From contig CAIUSP010000042.1 of the NCBI GenBank assembly GCA_903901855.1, forward strand, positions 68,274-132,273: a stretch of DNA of 64,000 bases. The letters run 5' to 3'. This document shows, one piece after another, positions 19,313-27,953 of this stretch. Under the pieces are notes generated by a model. That model was given only the letters and a program-made list of their open reading frames with translations. It ran no database searches and had not been told where the DNA came from. The translations under genes were made by a program, and so were the position numbers. How positions within the stretch are numbered: the stretch's first letter is position 1; each line of letters opens with the position of its first letter. The stretch comes from an uncultured bacterium (GTDB lineage: Bacteria > Actinomycetota > Thermoleophilia > Solirubrobacterales > 70-9).

Positions 19313-19600
19313 CTACCGGCCCTTGGCCGGGTTCGCCTGAGCCCAGGCGATGATCTTCTTGGAGTTGCCGATACCGGTTCCGTCGTCGAACTCGAGCGCG
19401 GGAACCCAGGTCTTACCGGTGATCTCCTCGACCCTCCGGCGCTTCGGCTGCATCCACAGAGGCAGCGGACCGAGGCCGTAGACCTTGACGACCTCGGGGT
19501 CGTAACCGGCGTCGAGCAGGGCCTGATGCGCGTCACCGCAAGGATGACGGTGACCCAAGATCACGAACTTCCAGTCTCCGTAACAGACGTAGAGCTTCAT
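19313..19600 (-). CDS. Thioredoxin-fold protein (glutaredoxin / GST N-terminal-like)
   Basis: 95 aa. KLYVC...HPCGDAHQAL...KTWVPALEFDDG pattern. Confidence 0.6.
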   Translation of the reverse strand: MKLYVCYGDWKFVILGHRHPCGDAHQALLDAGYDPEVVKVYGLGPLPLWMQPKRRRVEEITGKTWVPALEFDDGTGIGNSKKIIAWAQANPAKGR

Positions 19601-19612
19601 CTGGCCCGAAGG

Positions 19613-20275
19613 TTAATCGACATCCGCCAACGGTGAGGAGCGTGCTACCCGCTGGGTCCCTGTGATCACGCTGGGGCTGATATAGCCGGAAACCTCGGAC
19701 ATCTCGATCACTACCCAGCGGACTCCATCGGCCTTGTTGCCCTCGATCGACCTGACGGCACGGCCGGTCCGGTCGGCCTTGACCACCACTCCGATATGAC
19801 CCTCCCCGTAGGCCACGAGATCTCCTGGCGTGGCCCGGAGAGTCCAGTGGCCTGTGCGCTTGGCCCAGCGGGTCAGGTCCCGAACCTGGATGGCCACATT
19901 TCGACCACCGTAAGAGCGACGCAGCAGAGATGCGCCGAGGTAGCCGGTGAAACCTGCCTTCGACCAGGACCAGGTACCGAAGGCAACGCACCATTGATCG
20001 CCGATGCTGTACGGAGCGATCGACCCGCGACCGAAGTGGTACCTCGGCACGTTGTCGCCGCGGCGTTCGCGAACGTCACGGTTCAACTCGGTGCGGACCA
20101 GATCGATGATGGCGCTCCGCTTCGCTGTCGGGGCGGGCGGTGGTTCGGGGTTCGAAGGCGGATCGGTGTCTACGACTATCCCACCGGCAAGCGCTTGCGC
20201 GGGGAGGGCAAGGAGGAACAGAGACGCCACGAGAGTGCCCGCGATCATCATTTGTCGTCTGATTCGAGTAGTCAT
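19613..20275 (-). CDS. Secreted CHAP-domain peptidoglycan hydrolase
   Basis: ATG 20275 gives the signal peptide MTTRIRRQMMIAGTLVASLFLLALPAQALA. Catalytic Cys context GDQWCVAFGTWSW and His context GDLVAYGEGHIGVV. Confidence 0.7.
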   Translation of the reverse strand: MTTRIRRQMMIAGTLVASLFLLALPAQALAGGIVVDTDPPSNPEPPPAPTAKRSAIIDLVRTELNRDVRERRGDNVPRYHFGRGSIAPYSIGDQWCVAFGTWSWSKAGFTGYLGASLLRRSYGGRNVAIQVRDLTRWAKRTGHWTLRATPGDLVAYGEGHIGVVVKADRTGRAVRSIEGNKADGVRWVVIEMSEVSGYISPSVITGTQRVARSSPLADVD

Positions 20276-20495
20276 GGTTCGTGCGTCTTTCACCCCTGGA
20301 GATGAGACTCCTGCCGGGTCACGTTGCACCCCGAAGGCGAAGATCTCAGGGTAGAGATGGATCGCCGTCGCCCCGGGCGGATTCGTACATCCTGGGTGAA
20401 TCGCTGCCTGTGTGACATCGATCATTCGCTTCCGCGAATGTGAGGCAACGCAACTCCGCACTGCCATACTGGTTACAAGGTCGAGAAATCGACTC

Positions 20496-21965
20496 TTGGA
20501 TCACCCAAAGGTACGAATCACCAAAACCGAAGAAAAGACCCGCGCCAGAATTGCTCCCACCGGGTCGCGAGACACCGCACGCGGGTCGGCCCCCTCGGCT
20601 GAGACAGACTTAACCCCCTCGACCTGGTTCGGCAACTCCCTCCCATACCTCCAGATCCACACCCGCTTCGTAATCGCGATGATCTGCGGAATGCTGTGGG
20701 CCACGCTCTCGACTTGGCTCGCTCTACCGTGGTTCGCGGATCTCGGCGAGCTGATCACGCTGCCGCTTGCGATCGCGGTGATCGCAGGGATAGCGATCCT
20801 GCCGGGGTATCTCACTGCTTTCCTCATCACCAGCCTATTGCTAGATCGGCCGAGGGCGATCAAGGCGATGCCGACCGGAGCCGACCGTCAGCGTTGGCCG
20901 GGGATGACGCTCCTCGTCGCTGCGTTCGACGAAGAGACCCACATCGGCGAAACGATCGAGTACGCACTCGCCTCTGACTATCCCGGAAAGCTCCATGTGA
21001 TCGTGGCCGACGACGGCTCCGACGATGAAACCGCAGCGATCGTCGCGAAGATGGCCCTGTCCAACAACGGGTCGGGCAAGACGGTCGAACTGCTCCGGAC
21101 CGAGCACACCGGAAAGGCAGAGACGCTGAATGCAGCGCTTGCGAAGGTGCGAACCGATCTGGTCGCAACGATCGACGCCGACACCTTGCTGGGCCGACAG
21201 TCTCTGAAGCGCGCGACCGCTCGTCTGATCAGCTCGATCGACGGAACCGACGCCGTCGCCGGAGCGGTGATGGCGCGAAACTCCCGAACCAACTTCCTGA
21301 CCCGTCTGCAGGAATGGGACTATCAGCTCGGGATCGCATCGATCAAGCGGTCTCAGGCGATCTGGCAGTCCACGCTGGTCTCGCAGGGGTCGTTCTCGGT
21401 CTACCGGACCAAGGCGGTCAAGGCGGCCGGAGGCTGGCCTGACTCGATCGGCGAGGACATCGTGCTCACCTGGGCCCTGCTGGCAGAGGGCGCAACGATC
21501 GGCTTCGAGCCGACGGCACTCGCCTTCACCGAGGTTCCCTCCCGCTTCGGACGGCTGGCCCGCCAGCGCTCGCGCTGGGCCAGAGGGATGATCGAAGGAC
21601 TGAAGGCCTACGGGTTCCGGATCCTGCGCCAGCGCCGGATGGCCTCCCACGGAATCGTCATCAACCTGCTCTTCCCGTGGATGGACCTCTGTTACACCTT
21701 CGCCTTCCTGCCCGGGATCGTGCTGGCTTGCACCGGGAACTTCGCGATAGTCGGGCCGCTGACCCTCGCAGTGCTGCCGTTGAACCTCCTGCTCTCGGGC
21801 TTGATGCTGCGAATGCAGCGCAACGTCTTCGATGAAGTGCATCTTTCGATAAGAACCAACCCGACCGGATTCTTGAGCTACCTCTTCCTCTACCAGCCTC
21901 TGATGTCACCCCTCGCCGTAATCGGATACGTGCAGGAGGTCTTCAGGCGCCCGCGGACCTGGTGA
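20496..21965 (+). CDS. Processive family-2 glycosyltransferase (PgaC/IcaA/NodC-like beta-glycan synthase)
   Basis: Motifs VIVADDGSDDET, DADTLL, GEDIVLTW and RQRSRWARG (QxxRW). Two TM helices precede and ~4 TM helices follow the GT domain. The start is uncertain: track GTG 20412 has low GC3, and TTG 20496 and ATG 20679 are the alternatives. Confidence 0.8.
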   Translation: MDHPKVRITKTEEKTRARIAPTGSRDTARGSAPSAETDLTPSTWFGNSLPYLQIHTRFVIAMICGMLWATLSTWLALPWFADLGELITLPLAIAVIAGIAILPGYLTAFLITSLLLDRPRAIKAMPTGADRQRWPGMTLLVAAFDEETHIGETIEYALASDYPGKLHVIVADDGSDDETAAIVAKMALSNNGSGKTVELLRTEHTGKAETLNAALAKVRTDLVATIDADTLLGRQSLKRATARLISSIDGTDAVAGAVMARNSRTNFLTRLQEWDYQLGIASIKRSQAIWQSTLVSQGSFSVYRTKAVKAAGGWPDSIGEDIVLTWALLAEGATIGFEPTALAFTEVPSRFGRLARQRSRWARGMIEGLKAYGFRILRQRRMASHGIVINLLFPWMDLCYTFAFLPGIVLACTGNFAIVGPLTLAVLPLNLLLSGLMLRMQRNVFDEVHLSIRTNPTGFLSYLFLYQPLMSPLAVIGYVQEVFRRPRTW

Positions 21966-21968
21966 GAG

Positions 21969-23693
21969 ATGACCGACGGAGGCAAGCCGGCCGACGGCGG
22001 GGGTTCGAGCACTCCAGCCGAACTACTCGAAGCGGCATTCGAGGAGTCGACCATCGGGATGGCGGTGATCCACGTCGAGCCGAAAACGGGGACGGAGAAG
22101 ATCATCCAATGCAACCCGGCCCTGAGCAGGATCACCGGGCATCCCAAAGCCGAGCTGCTCGACCAAGGTCTGGACCTGCTCGCCCTCTCTTCCGACTCGC
22201 GCGCATCCGAGGCGATTCGCAGCACCGGCGCGGGCGGCGGGCAAGCCGAGTTCGAGCGCAGTCTCGACCACGCCGATGGCGGACTGATCTGGGTGCTGGT
22301 GACACTTTCCTCGATCGAGACCGGACGCGGAGAAGACGAGTACCGGCTGCTGCAGATCCAGGACATCTCTGAGCGCCGCGTCTACCAGCAGCGGCTGCAG
22401 TTCCTCGCCGGGCATGATCCTCTCACCGGCCTGGTGAACATCCGGCGAATGCTCGAGGTGACCGATCAAGGCATGGCCTACCAGCGCCGCTACGGAGGAG
22501 ATGTGTCAATGCTGAGCTTCGATCTGGACAACTTCAAAGCGGTGAACGATTCGATCGGTCACGCCGAAGGAGACCAGGCCCTGAAGGGGTTCGCCGCGCG
22601 GCTCACCAGCCACAGCCGTGACTCCGACACGGTTGCCCGACTCGGAGGAGACGAGTTCGCGATCTTCCTGCCCGGCACCGGTCTCGATGACGCGGTCGAT
22701 CTCGGGGAAACGATCCTGCAGAACCTGAGGAGCAAACCGATCGCCATGGGCGCCTCGTCGAGCGAGTCGCTGACCCTGAGTGCCAGCGTCGGCGCTACCG
22801 CCCTCGGGGGTAGGGAGACGATCTCCGCGCAGGACCTCGCCACAGAGGCGGACGCAGCCCTCTACGCGGCAAAAGCCGCCGGGAGGAACCAGGTGGTCGC
22901 CTTTCCGATCGACGATCCCAAAGAGATGTGGGAGAAATCACGACTCACCTGGGCAGAGCGGACCAGGAGGGCACTCGACGAGGACAACCTGTTCCTAGAT
23001 GCACAGCCCATCCGGCGGATCGCCACCGGTGAGACGGACTTCTACGAGATACTGCTGCGGATGAGGGATCCGGTGGCGGGGATCGTCATGCCTCCGACCT
23101 TCCTCTACACGGCTGAACGGTTCGGGCTTTCGGCGGAAATCGATTCGTGGGTGTTCAACACCTCCATCTCCGCACTGGCCAGGGCAACCGAATTCAACTC
23201 GGCGATCTCGATCAACGTCACAGGTTCTTCGCTGGCAGAGGCCTCGGACTTCGCACGGGAGGTTCCGCGAACTCTCGATCGGGCGAGCGTGGATCCCAAT
23301 CGAATCATCTTCGAGTTGACCGAGCAGGTCGTGGTCTCCGACCTCGAGCAGGCTCGTCGCTTCATCGAGCACATTCGTGCTGCCGGGTGCCGCTTCGCTT
23401 TGGACGATTTCGGTGCCGGCTTTGGTGGCTTCTTCTACCTCAAGAACCTGCCGGTGGACATCCTGAAGATCGACGGAGAGTTCATTCGCTCGCTGCCCAG
23501 TTCCAACGACGACCAGTTGATCGTGCGGGCGATGACCGAAATGGGCAAGGGAATGAACCTCGAAGTGGTGGCCGAGTTCGTCACCGACGCCGAGACCGAG
23601 GCACTCTGCGCCGATCTCGGCGTGGACATGGCGCAAGGCTCAAACGTCGGTCTCCCTGTCCGTATGGAGCAGGCGCTGGGTCTGGATCAGTAG
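21969..23693 (+). CDS. PAS-GGDEF-EAL c-di-GMP turnover/signalling protein
   Basis: PAS-like N-terminus. RDSD (RxxD I-site) lies 5 residues before GGDEF (22644-22658). EAL-domain motifs FYEILLR, FELTE, DDFGAGFGGF, LKIDGEFI. The ATG is 3 nt after the GT2 stop. Confidence 0.9.
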   Translation: MTDGGKPADGGGSSTPAELLEAAFEESTIGMAVIHVEPKTGTEKIIQCNPALSRITGHPKAELLDQGLDLLALSSDSRASEAIRSTGAGGGQAEFERSLDHADGGLIWVLVTLSSIETGRGEDEYRLLQIQDISERRVYQQRLQFLAGHDPLTGLVNIRRMLEVTDQGMAYQRRYGGDVSMLSFDLDNFKAVNDSIGHAEGDQALKGFAARLTSHSRDSDTVARLGGDEFAIFLPGTGLDDAVDLGETILQNLRSKPIAMGASSSESLTLSASVGATALGGRETISAQDLATEADAALYAAKAAGRNQVVAFPIDDPKEMWEKSRLTWAERTRRALDEDNLFLDAQPIRRIATGETDFYEILLRMRDPVAGIVMPPTFLYTAERFGLSAEIDSWVFNTSISALARATEFNSAISINVTGSSLAEASDFAREVPRTLDRASVDPNRIIFELTEQVVVSDLEQARRFIEHIRAAGCRFALDDFGAGFGGFFYLKNLPVDILKIDGEFIRSLPSSNDDQLIVRAMTEMGKGMNLEVVAEFVTDAETEALCADLGVDMAQGSNVGLPVRMEQALGLDQ

Positions 23694-23813
23694 TCGGGCG
23701 GTAGCCGCGCGCTCCCGGCGCGACTCCCGGTTGGGCTTGGAGCGCTCGGGCTTGAGCCGCTTTGCCCCCACCAGTGCCTCTGCCGCATCGGGTCGGAGGA
23801 GTCTGTCCTTCAT
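23640..23813 (-). CDS. Candidate small basic protein (57 aa)
   Basis: GAGGTG SD 6 nt upstream of ATG 23813. GC3 about 80 percent by eye. Sequence MKDRLLRPDAAEALVGAKRLKPERSKPNRESRRERAA... The 3' 54 nt overlap the convergent EAL gene end, which lowers confidence. Confidence 0.3.
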   Translation of the reverse strand: MKDRLLRPDAAEALVGAKRLKPERSKPNRESRRERAATARLLIQTQRLLHTDRETDV

Positions 23814-23866
23814 CTGATTCACCTCGGATGAGGGGGTTTCTGGCCGTGAAGCTGACCCGAAGAGTG

Positions 23867-23903
23867 CCGCGAGACCGGTTACCCCCGTAAATCGGCCTCG
23901 CGG
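23867..23903 (-). promoter_or_regulatory. 11-bp stem hairpin in the leader of the small basic ORF
   Basis: On the minus strand: CCGCGAGGCCG-ATTTACGGGGGTAAC-CGGTCTCGCGG (one G-U pair). The loop GGGGGU is complementary to ACCCCC at 23832-23837, immediately 5' of the SD. Confidence 0.3.
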
Positions 23904-24001
23904 GTCACCCCGGGTGCGTAAATGGCCGAATAAGTATCCGAGAGTCCTACTCTGTCCAACGGATTACGCACACCCACCCTACCCGATCGACCCCGATTTG
24001 C

Positions 24002-24982
24002 CTAGCGGTCGAGTTCCTCGGGCTCGCCGGCTGCTCCCAGACTGCGCCGGAGTTGGAACAGCGCAGCCACGCCGAACGGGATGACTAACCAGAAGGTGAA
24101 CACCCGGAAGGTCAACACCCCGGCGAACGTCTCGGCCGCAGGCTGATCGAACAAGACGAGGGTGCCGATCAGCCCACCGTCCACTGCGCCGATACCACCG
24201 GGGGTGAGTGGAAAGAGGTTGGCCACCATCCCGACGAAGAACCCCTGGACCAGCGGACCAACTGGAACCGTGAGGTCGAAGGCCCTCAGGCTCGCCCAGA
24301 GGACGGCGATCTGGAGAGCCCAGAATGCGACGGCGCCTCCCAGGGCGATCGAGAACGCTCGGGGTCGTCTGGCCAATTCGAGGACCCGCCGCACACCCAC
24401 CGACGCAGCCGCCCCTGCCCGCGCGAGCCAGCCCTGCTGACCGGGCTCGGGTGGAAACAGGGCGAGCGCCAGCACGATGACGAAGACTGAACCCGCGACC
24501 ATGGCGGGTATGACCGTCAACCCCAGGTCGCTCGCACCTTCGAGCACTCCGGCTCGAAGGAGGATTCCGAAGACGATCAGCGAGACCATGTAGACGGAGT
24601 AGAGGACGACGAGGAAGGCGAAGATCCGGGCGCTGCTCTCCCGCCTTCCGAGGTCGAGGCTTCGGAGGGCCCAGTAAGTCAGGAGGATTCCTCCCAGCCC
24701 GCCGGACGAGACGAGCAGTGTGGCTGCGAGACCGGCCATCGTGATCTGGTACGAGATCGGCCAACTGAGGTCCCGAATTATCCAGTGCAGCAGGGCGACG
24801 TAGGAGGCGTAGCAAGCAACGGTCAGGGCGAGCGCCAGCACCAGCCACGCCGGATCGGCCTGCGCGAGGAGATCGGGAAGTTGTCGCAGCCCCAGGAACT
24901 TCGGGATCAGGAAGTAGAGGGCGGCAACCGCCAGTAACGCGACTGCAACGGTGAGGAAGATCCGCTGCCGTGAGGTCTTCAT
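24002..24982 (-). CDS. UPF0104 / lysyl-phosphatidylglycerol-synthase-TM-like (flippase-like) membrane protein
   Basis: 326 aa, ~8 TM helices, PLTPGGIGAVDGGLIG signature. Confidence 0.7.
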   Translation of the reverse strand: MKTSRQRIFLTVAVALLAVAALYFLIPKFLGLRQLPDLLAQADPAWLVLALALTVACYASYVALLHWIIRDLSWPISYQITMAGLAATLLVSSGGLGGILLTYWALRSLDLGRRESSARIFAFLVVLYSVYMVSLIVFGILLRAGVLEGASDLGLTVIPAMVAGSVFVIVLALALFPPEPGQQGWLARAGAAASVGVRRVLELARRPRAFSIALGGAVAFWALQIAVLWASLRAFDLTVPVGPLVQGFFVGMVANLFPLTPGGIGAVDGGLIGTLVLFDQPAAETFAGVLTFRVFTFWLVIPFGVAALFQLRRSLGAAGEPEELDR

Positions 24983-25078
24983 CTACCTACTTTGGGGGAT
25001 CGAGGGGCGATGCGAACGGCGAATCCGTGCAACCAGCCCGAGAGGGCATCGGAGCGAGCGTGCGGCAGGATCAGCTAC

Positions 25079-25873
25079 TCACTCGTTTCCCTCAGGCTCA
25101 TCCGCTTGCTCACCCTGCCCCGTGAGGATCGGACTCAGCGCCTTCATCAACTCGAGCGGCAGAGGGAACACCACGGTGGTGTTCTGATTCGAGCCGATCT
25201 CGAGCAGCGTCTGCAGGTAGCGCAATTGCAAGGCGACGGGATTGGGGCTGATCACATCCGCGGCTTGCGCGAGCTTCTCGGCTGCCTCGAACTCGCCCTC
25301 GGAGTTGATGATCTTCGCTCGGCGCTCGCGCTCGGCTTCGGCCTGACGGGCGAGGATGCGCTGCATCTGTTCGGGGATCTCGACGTCCTTGATCTCGACC
25401 GTGGTGACCTTCACGCCCCACGGCTCGGTCTGCTCGTCGATCACGCGCTGGAGGTTCTCGTTCAGCTGCTCGCGGGCAGCAAGCAGTTGATCGAGCTCCG
25501 CGCTGCCCAGAACCGAGCGAAGAGTGGTCTGGGCGATCTGAAGCGTCGCTGATTCGTAATCCTCGACCTCGACTATGGCCCGGTTGGGATCGATGACCCT
25601 GAAGTAAGCGACCGCTGTCACACGGGCGGGCACGTTGTCACGGGTAATCACCTCTTGAGGCTCGATCCTGAGCGTCACCGTCCTCAGCTCCACCCTCTCC
25701 ATCCGATCGATGAACGGAATCAGCAGGATCAGGCCCGGTCCCTTCTGGGCGATCAACCGGCCCAGCCGGAATATCACTCCTCGCTCGTATTCGCGAAGAA
25801 TGCGAATGGCCGATGAGAGGAAGATGACCAGGAAAATGGCCACGATGATCAGAACCCCGATTGCGACTGTCAT
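25079..25873 (-). CDS. SPFH/Band 7 (stomatin-like, slipin) protein
   Basis: N-terminal TM helix, then [13 protein letters not shown]..., [25 protein letters not shown]. Confidence 0.9.
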   Translation of the reverse strand: MTVAIGVLIIVAIFLVIFLSSAIRILREYERGVIFRLGRLIAQKGPGLILLIPFIDRMERVELRTVTLRIEPQEVITRDNVPARVTAVAYFRVIDPNRAIVEVEDYESATLQIAQTTLRSVLGSAELDQLLAAREQLNENLQRVIDEQTEPWGVKVTTVEIKDVEIPEQMQRILARQAEAERERRAKIINSEGEFEAAEKLAQAADVISPNPVALQLRYLQTLLEIGSNQNTTVVFPLPLELMKALSPILTGQGEQADEPEGNE

Positions 25874-26343
25874 ACGTTCTTCTCCGATCCGGTCGACGGT
25901 GCTTGATCAGTGTCGCCAGCGGGGGAAACGACCAGGGTCAATTTGTCGACCGATTGCACTTTGACTTTTTCACCAACCTCTACCCGGGCAGCCTGATCCA
26001 CCCGGGCTCTCCAGAGAGCGCCCTCGACGAAGACCTGTCCCTCAGGATCGAGCGACTCCCGTACCTCTGCCGTCTGTCCAACCAACTCCTCCCAGCCTGT
26101 CATCACCCGCGAAGTCCGATATGCATCCTGGACCTTCCGTGCCGCGAGGATTATCAAGAGTCCGATCACGAGCGCCGCGCCGATGATCACCGGAACAGGG
26201 ATATCCACCCCGCTCTCCCGAAAGAGAAGCCCGGAACCAACCAGAGCGGCGATCCCGAGAACGCCGAGAATCGCGCCGGGCAGATGAGCCTCGGCAACGA
26301 GTAGCACCAACGCAAGCACGAGCAGGACGATCGCCCAAGTCAT
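25870..26343 (-). CDS. NfeD-family membrane protein (stomatin partner)
   Basis: ATG 26343. Three TM helices, then an OB-fold-like tail GQTAEV...[13 protein letters not shown]. 4-nt overlap with the SPFH gene. Confidence 0.8.
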   Translation of the reverse strand: MTWAIVLLVLALVLLVAEAHLPGAILGVLGIAALVGSGLLFRESGVDIPVPVIIGAALVIGLLIILAARKVQDAYRTSRVMTGWEELVGQTAEVRESLDPEGQVFVEGALWRARVDQAARVEVGEKVKVQSVDKLTLVVSPAGDTDQAPSTGSEKNV

Positions 26344-26514
26344 CTTGCTGCACCATCGAGATACCTCTGCACGCTCTGACGCCCTTCTGGGGGTTAGGCC
26401 GACGAATTTCAAGGTTAACCCATCGATCTCGGCGCCCCTCGGAACGAATCGAATCGTATGGATTTACCGACTGCGCTCCATCTGGGTTCCGGAGGGGCTG
26501 ATAGTTTCCCCGCG

Positions 26515-27051
26515 GTGAAGAGGACTGCCGCACTCATCTGCTCAGTCGCCCTCCTTCCGGCCTCGGTAGGTCTGGTCGCCTGCGGCAACGACACCAAGAC
26601 GGTCAGTTCGACCACCCCGAGCGGCGAGGTGGTCACGAGGACCGTCCCCGACGTCAAGTTCGCCAAGGCGAGGTTCGTCCTCCACACCGGCTTGGCGCTC
26701 GGTGCCTTCAAGCGCTGGATCTACGACCCTTGGAAGGCGGGCACGTTCTCGCAAGGGGCGGAGGGACGGAAGAAGGCCCTCGCGAAGGCCGGTCTCGCTG
26801 GGGTATTCGCTCTGACCCAGCTCAAGGAGGCACGAGACGCTGCCCTCTCGGACGATCAGTTGCGGGGACTCGGAGACAAGTTGTCGTCGACCATCGGGCT
26901 CGTCAGTGCCTTCATCCCTGGGCTCGAGAACGGAAAGATCAGCACCGTCCAGATCATCGCGCTTGCCGGAGCCTTCGCCGGGATCAAGTCATTGGCCGCC
27001 AAGGACGGTGCGCCGGTGAAACCGATCATCTCCAAGATCCCCGGCTTCTAG
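26515..27051 (+). CDS. Hypothetical lipoprotein
   Basis: GTG 26515 gives VKRTAALICSVALLPASVGLVAC with lipobox LVAC-G. Codons between the track start 26458 and 26515 have low GC3. Confidence 0.55.
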   Translation: MKRTAALICSVALLPASVGLVACGNDTKTVSSTTPSGEVVTRTVPDVKFAKARFVLHTGLALGAFKRWIYDPWKAGTFSQGAEGRKKALAKAGLAGVFALTQLKEARDAALSDDQLRGLGDKLSSTIGLVSAFIPGLENGKISTVQIIALAGAFAGIKSLAAKDGAPVKPIISKIPGF

Positions 27052-27095
27052 CTCGGAAGCCGACGAATCCTTGCCGCCAGGCTCTCCGCCTGCAG

Positions 27096-27566
27096 CTACT
27101 GGCCTGTGAGGACCAGGGTCAGCATCACCAGAGAGATGAACGCCAGCGCGTAGGTGTAGAGCCACGGGAGGCGTTTCCGTTGGAGGAAGAAGAGGACCCC
27201 CAGGAAGAAGGCCACCCCCACCCCCAACGCGGGCATCAAGCCGGTGCCGAGGTTGCCCGCGATCACCGTGTAGGCAAGGGCGTACGGAACGACCGAGAAG
27301 GTCGCCTTGAGCAGGTCGGAGCGGTCGGAGCGGAGCACGAACCACGTCAGCACCCCGAAGAGGATCAGCAGGGTCGAGAAGGCGATGACGCGGATCCAGC
27401 CGTTCTCATCGGGATCGGAAACGGACAGAGCCTCGAGGCCGAGTATCACCAACTGATGGACTCCCGAAATGAGCGCGATCAGCGCCACGAACATGGCGAG
27501 GCCGCCAACGGCCACGATCAACGCTGGGCGCAGGTACGACTTGGAGATGCTCTTCATCGAGTCCAC
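27096..27566 (-). CDS. Hypothetical membrane protein (4 TM)
   Basis: 156 aa, four hydrophobic helices, high GC3. Confidence 0.55.
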   Translation of the reverse strand: MDSMKSISKSYLRPALIVAVGGLAMFVALIALISGVHQLVILGLEALSVSDPDENGWIRVIAFSTLLILFGVLTWFVLRSDRSDLLKATFSVVPYALAYTVIAGNLGTGLMPALGVGVAFFLGVLFFLQRKRLPWLYTYALAFISLVMLTLVLTGQ

Positions 27567-27607
27567 CGACTCATGGTGACAGGCACGAGAGGTGCCATAT
27601 GGAGGCT

Positions 27608-27949
27608 CTACTCCAGATTCTCTTGGACCACGTGCGCCGACGGATGGATGCTGACTACCCGGTTGACCTCATCGCTCACGCCCTCGAACTTGTGGCGGGT
27701 ATCGGCCGGCACGATCACGAGGTTGCCGGCTGCCACCTCTGTCACCTCCGTCGCCTCTCCCTCGATCCTGAAGGCCACCGCACCCGACTCGACCAGGAAG
27801 ATCTCGGCGTAGGGATGGATGTGCAGCGGAGGGCCATCACCCCGCGGGAACTCGGTGACGAAGATCGAGAGAGGGATCTCGTCGGCACCTTCGAATCGGG
27901 CGAGCGTGTTGCTGATCCGGGAGTCCTCGAGCGGGTGGACGGAGATCAT
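27608..27949 (-). CDS. Cupin-domain protein
   Basis: 113 aa. PLHIHPYAEIFLVESG ... GNLVIVPADTRHKF two-motif cupin core. Confidence 0.7.
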   Translation of the reverse strand: MISVHPLEDSRISNTLARFEGADEIPLSIFVTEFPRGDGPPLHIHPYAEIFLVESGAVAFRIEGEATEVTEVAAGNLVIVPADTRHKFEGVSDEVNRVVSIHPSAHVVQENLE

Positions 27950-27953
27950 CAGC

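Noticed and set aside
20276-20495. Possible cyclic-dinucleotide riboswitch (ydaO/c-di-AMP or c-di-GMP-II) in the long SD-less leader of the CHAP hydrolase gene
   Set aside because: Cell-wall hydrolase leaders in Actinomycetota often carry ydaO. This leader has fragments such as CGGGGTGCAACGTGACC and GGGGTGAAAG. However, the hallmark 3' block (CAGCUAACCUCGUAAGCG) and the GGGCAC/GUGC pairing of c-di-GMP-II are absent, so by eye it does not fit either consensus. An Infernal scan would settle it.
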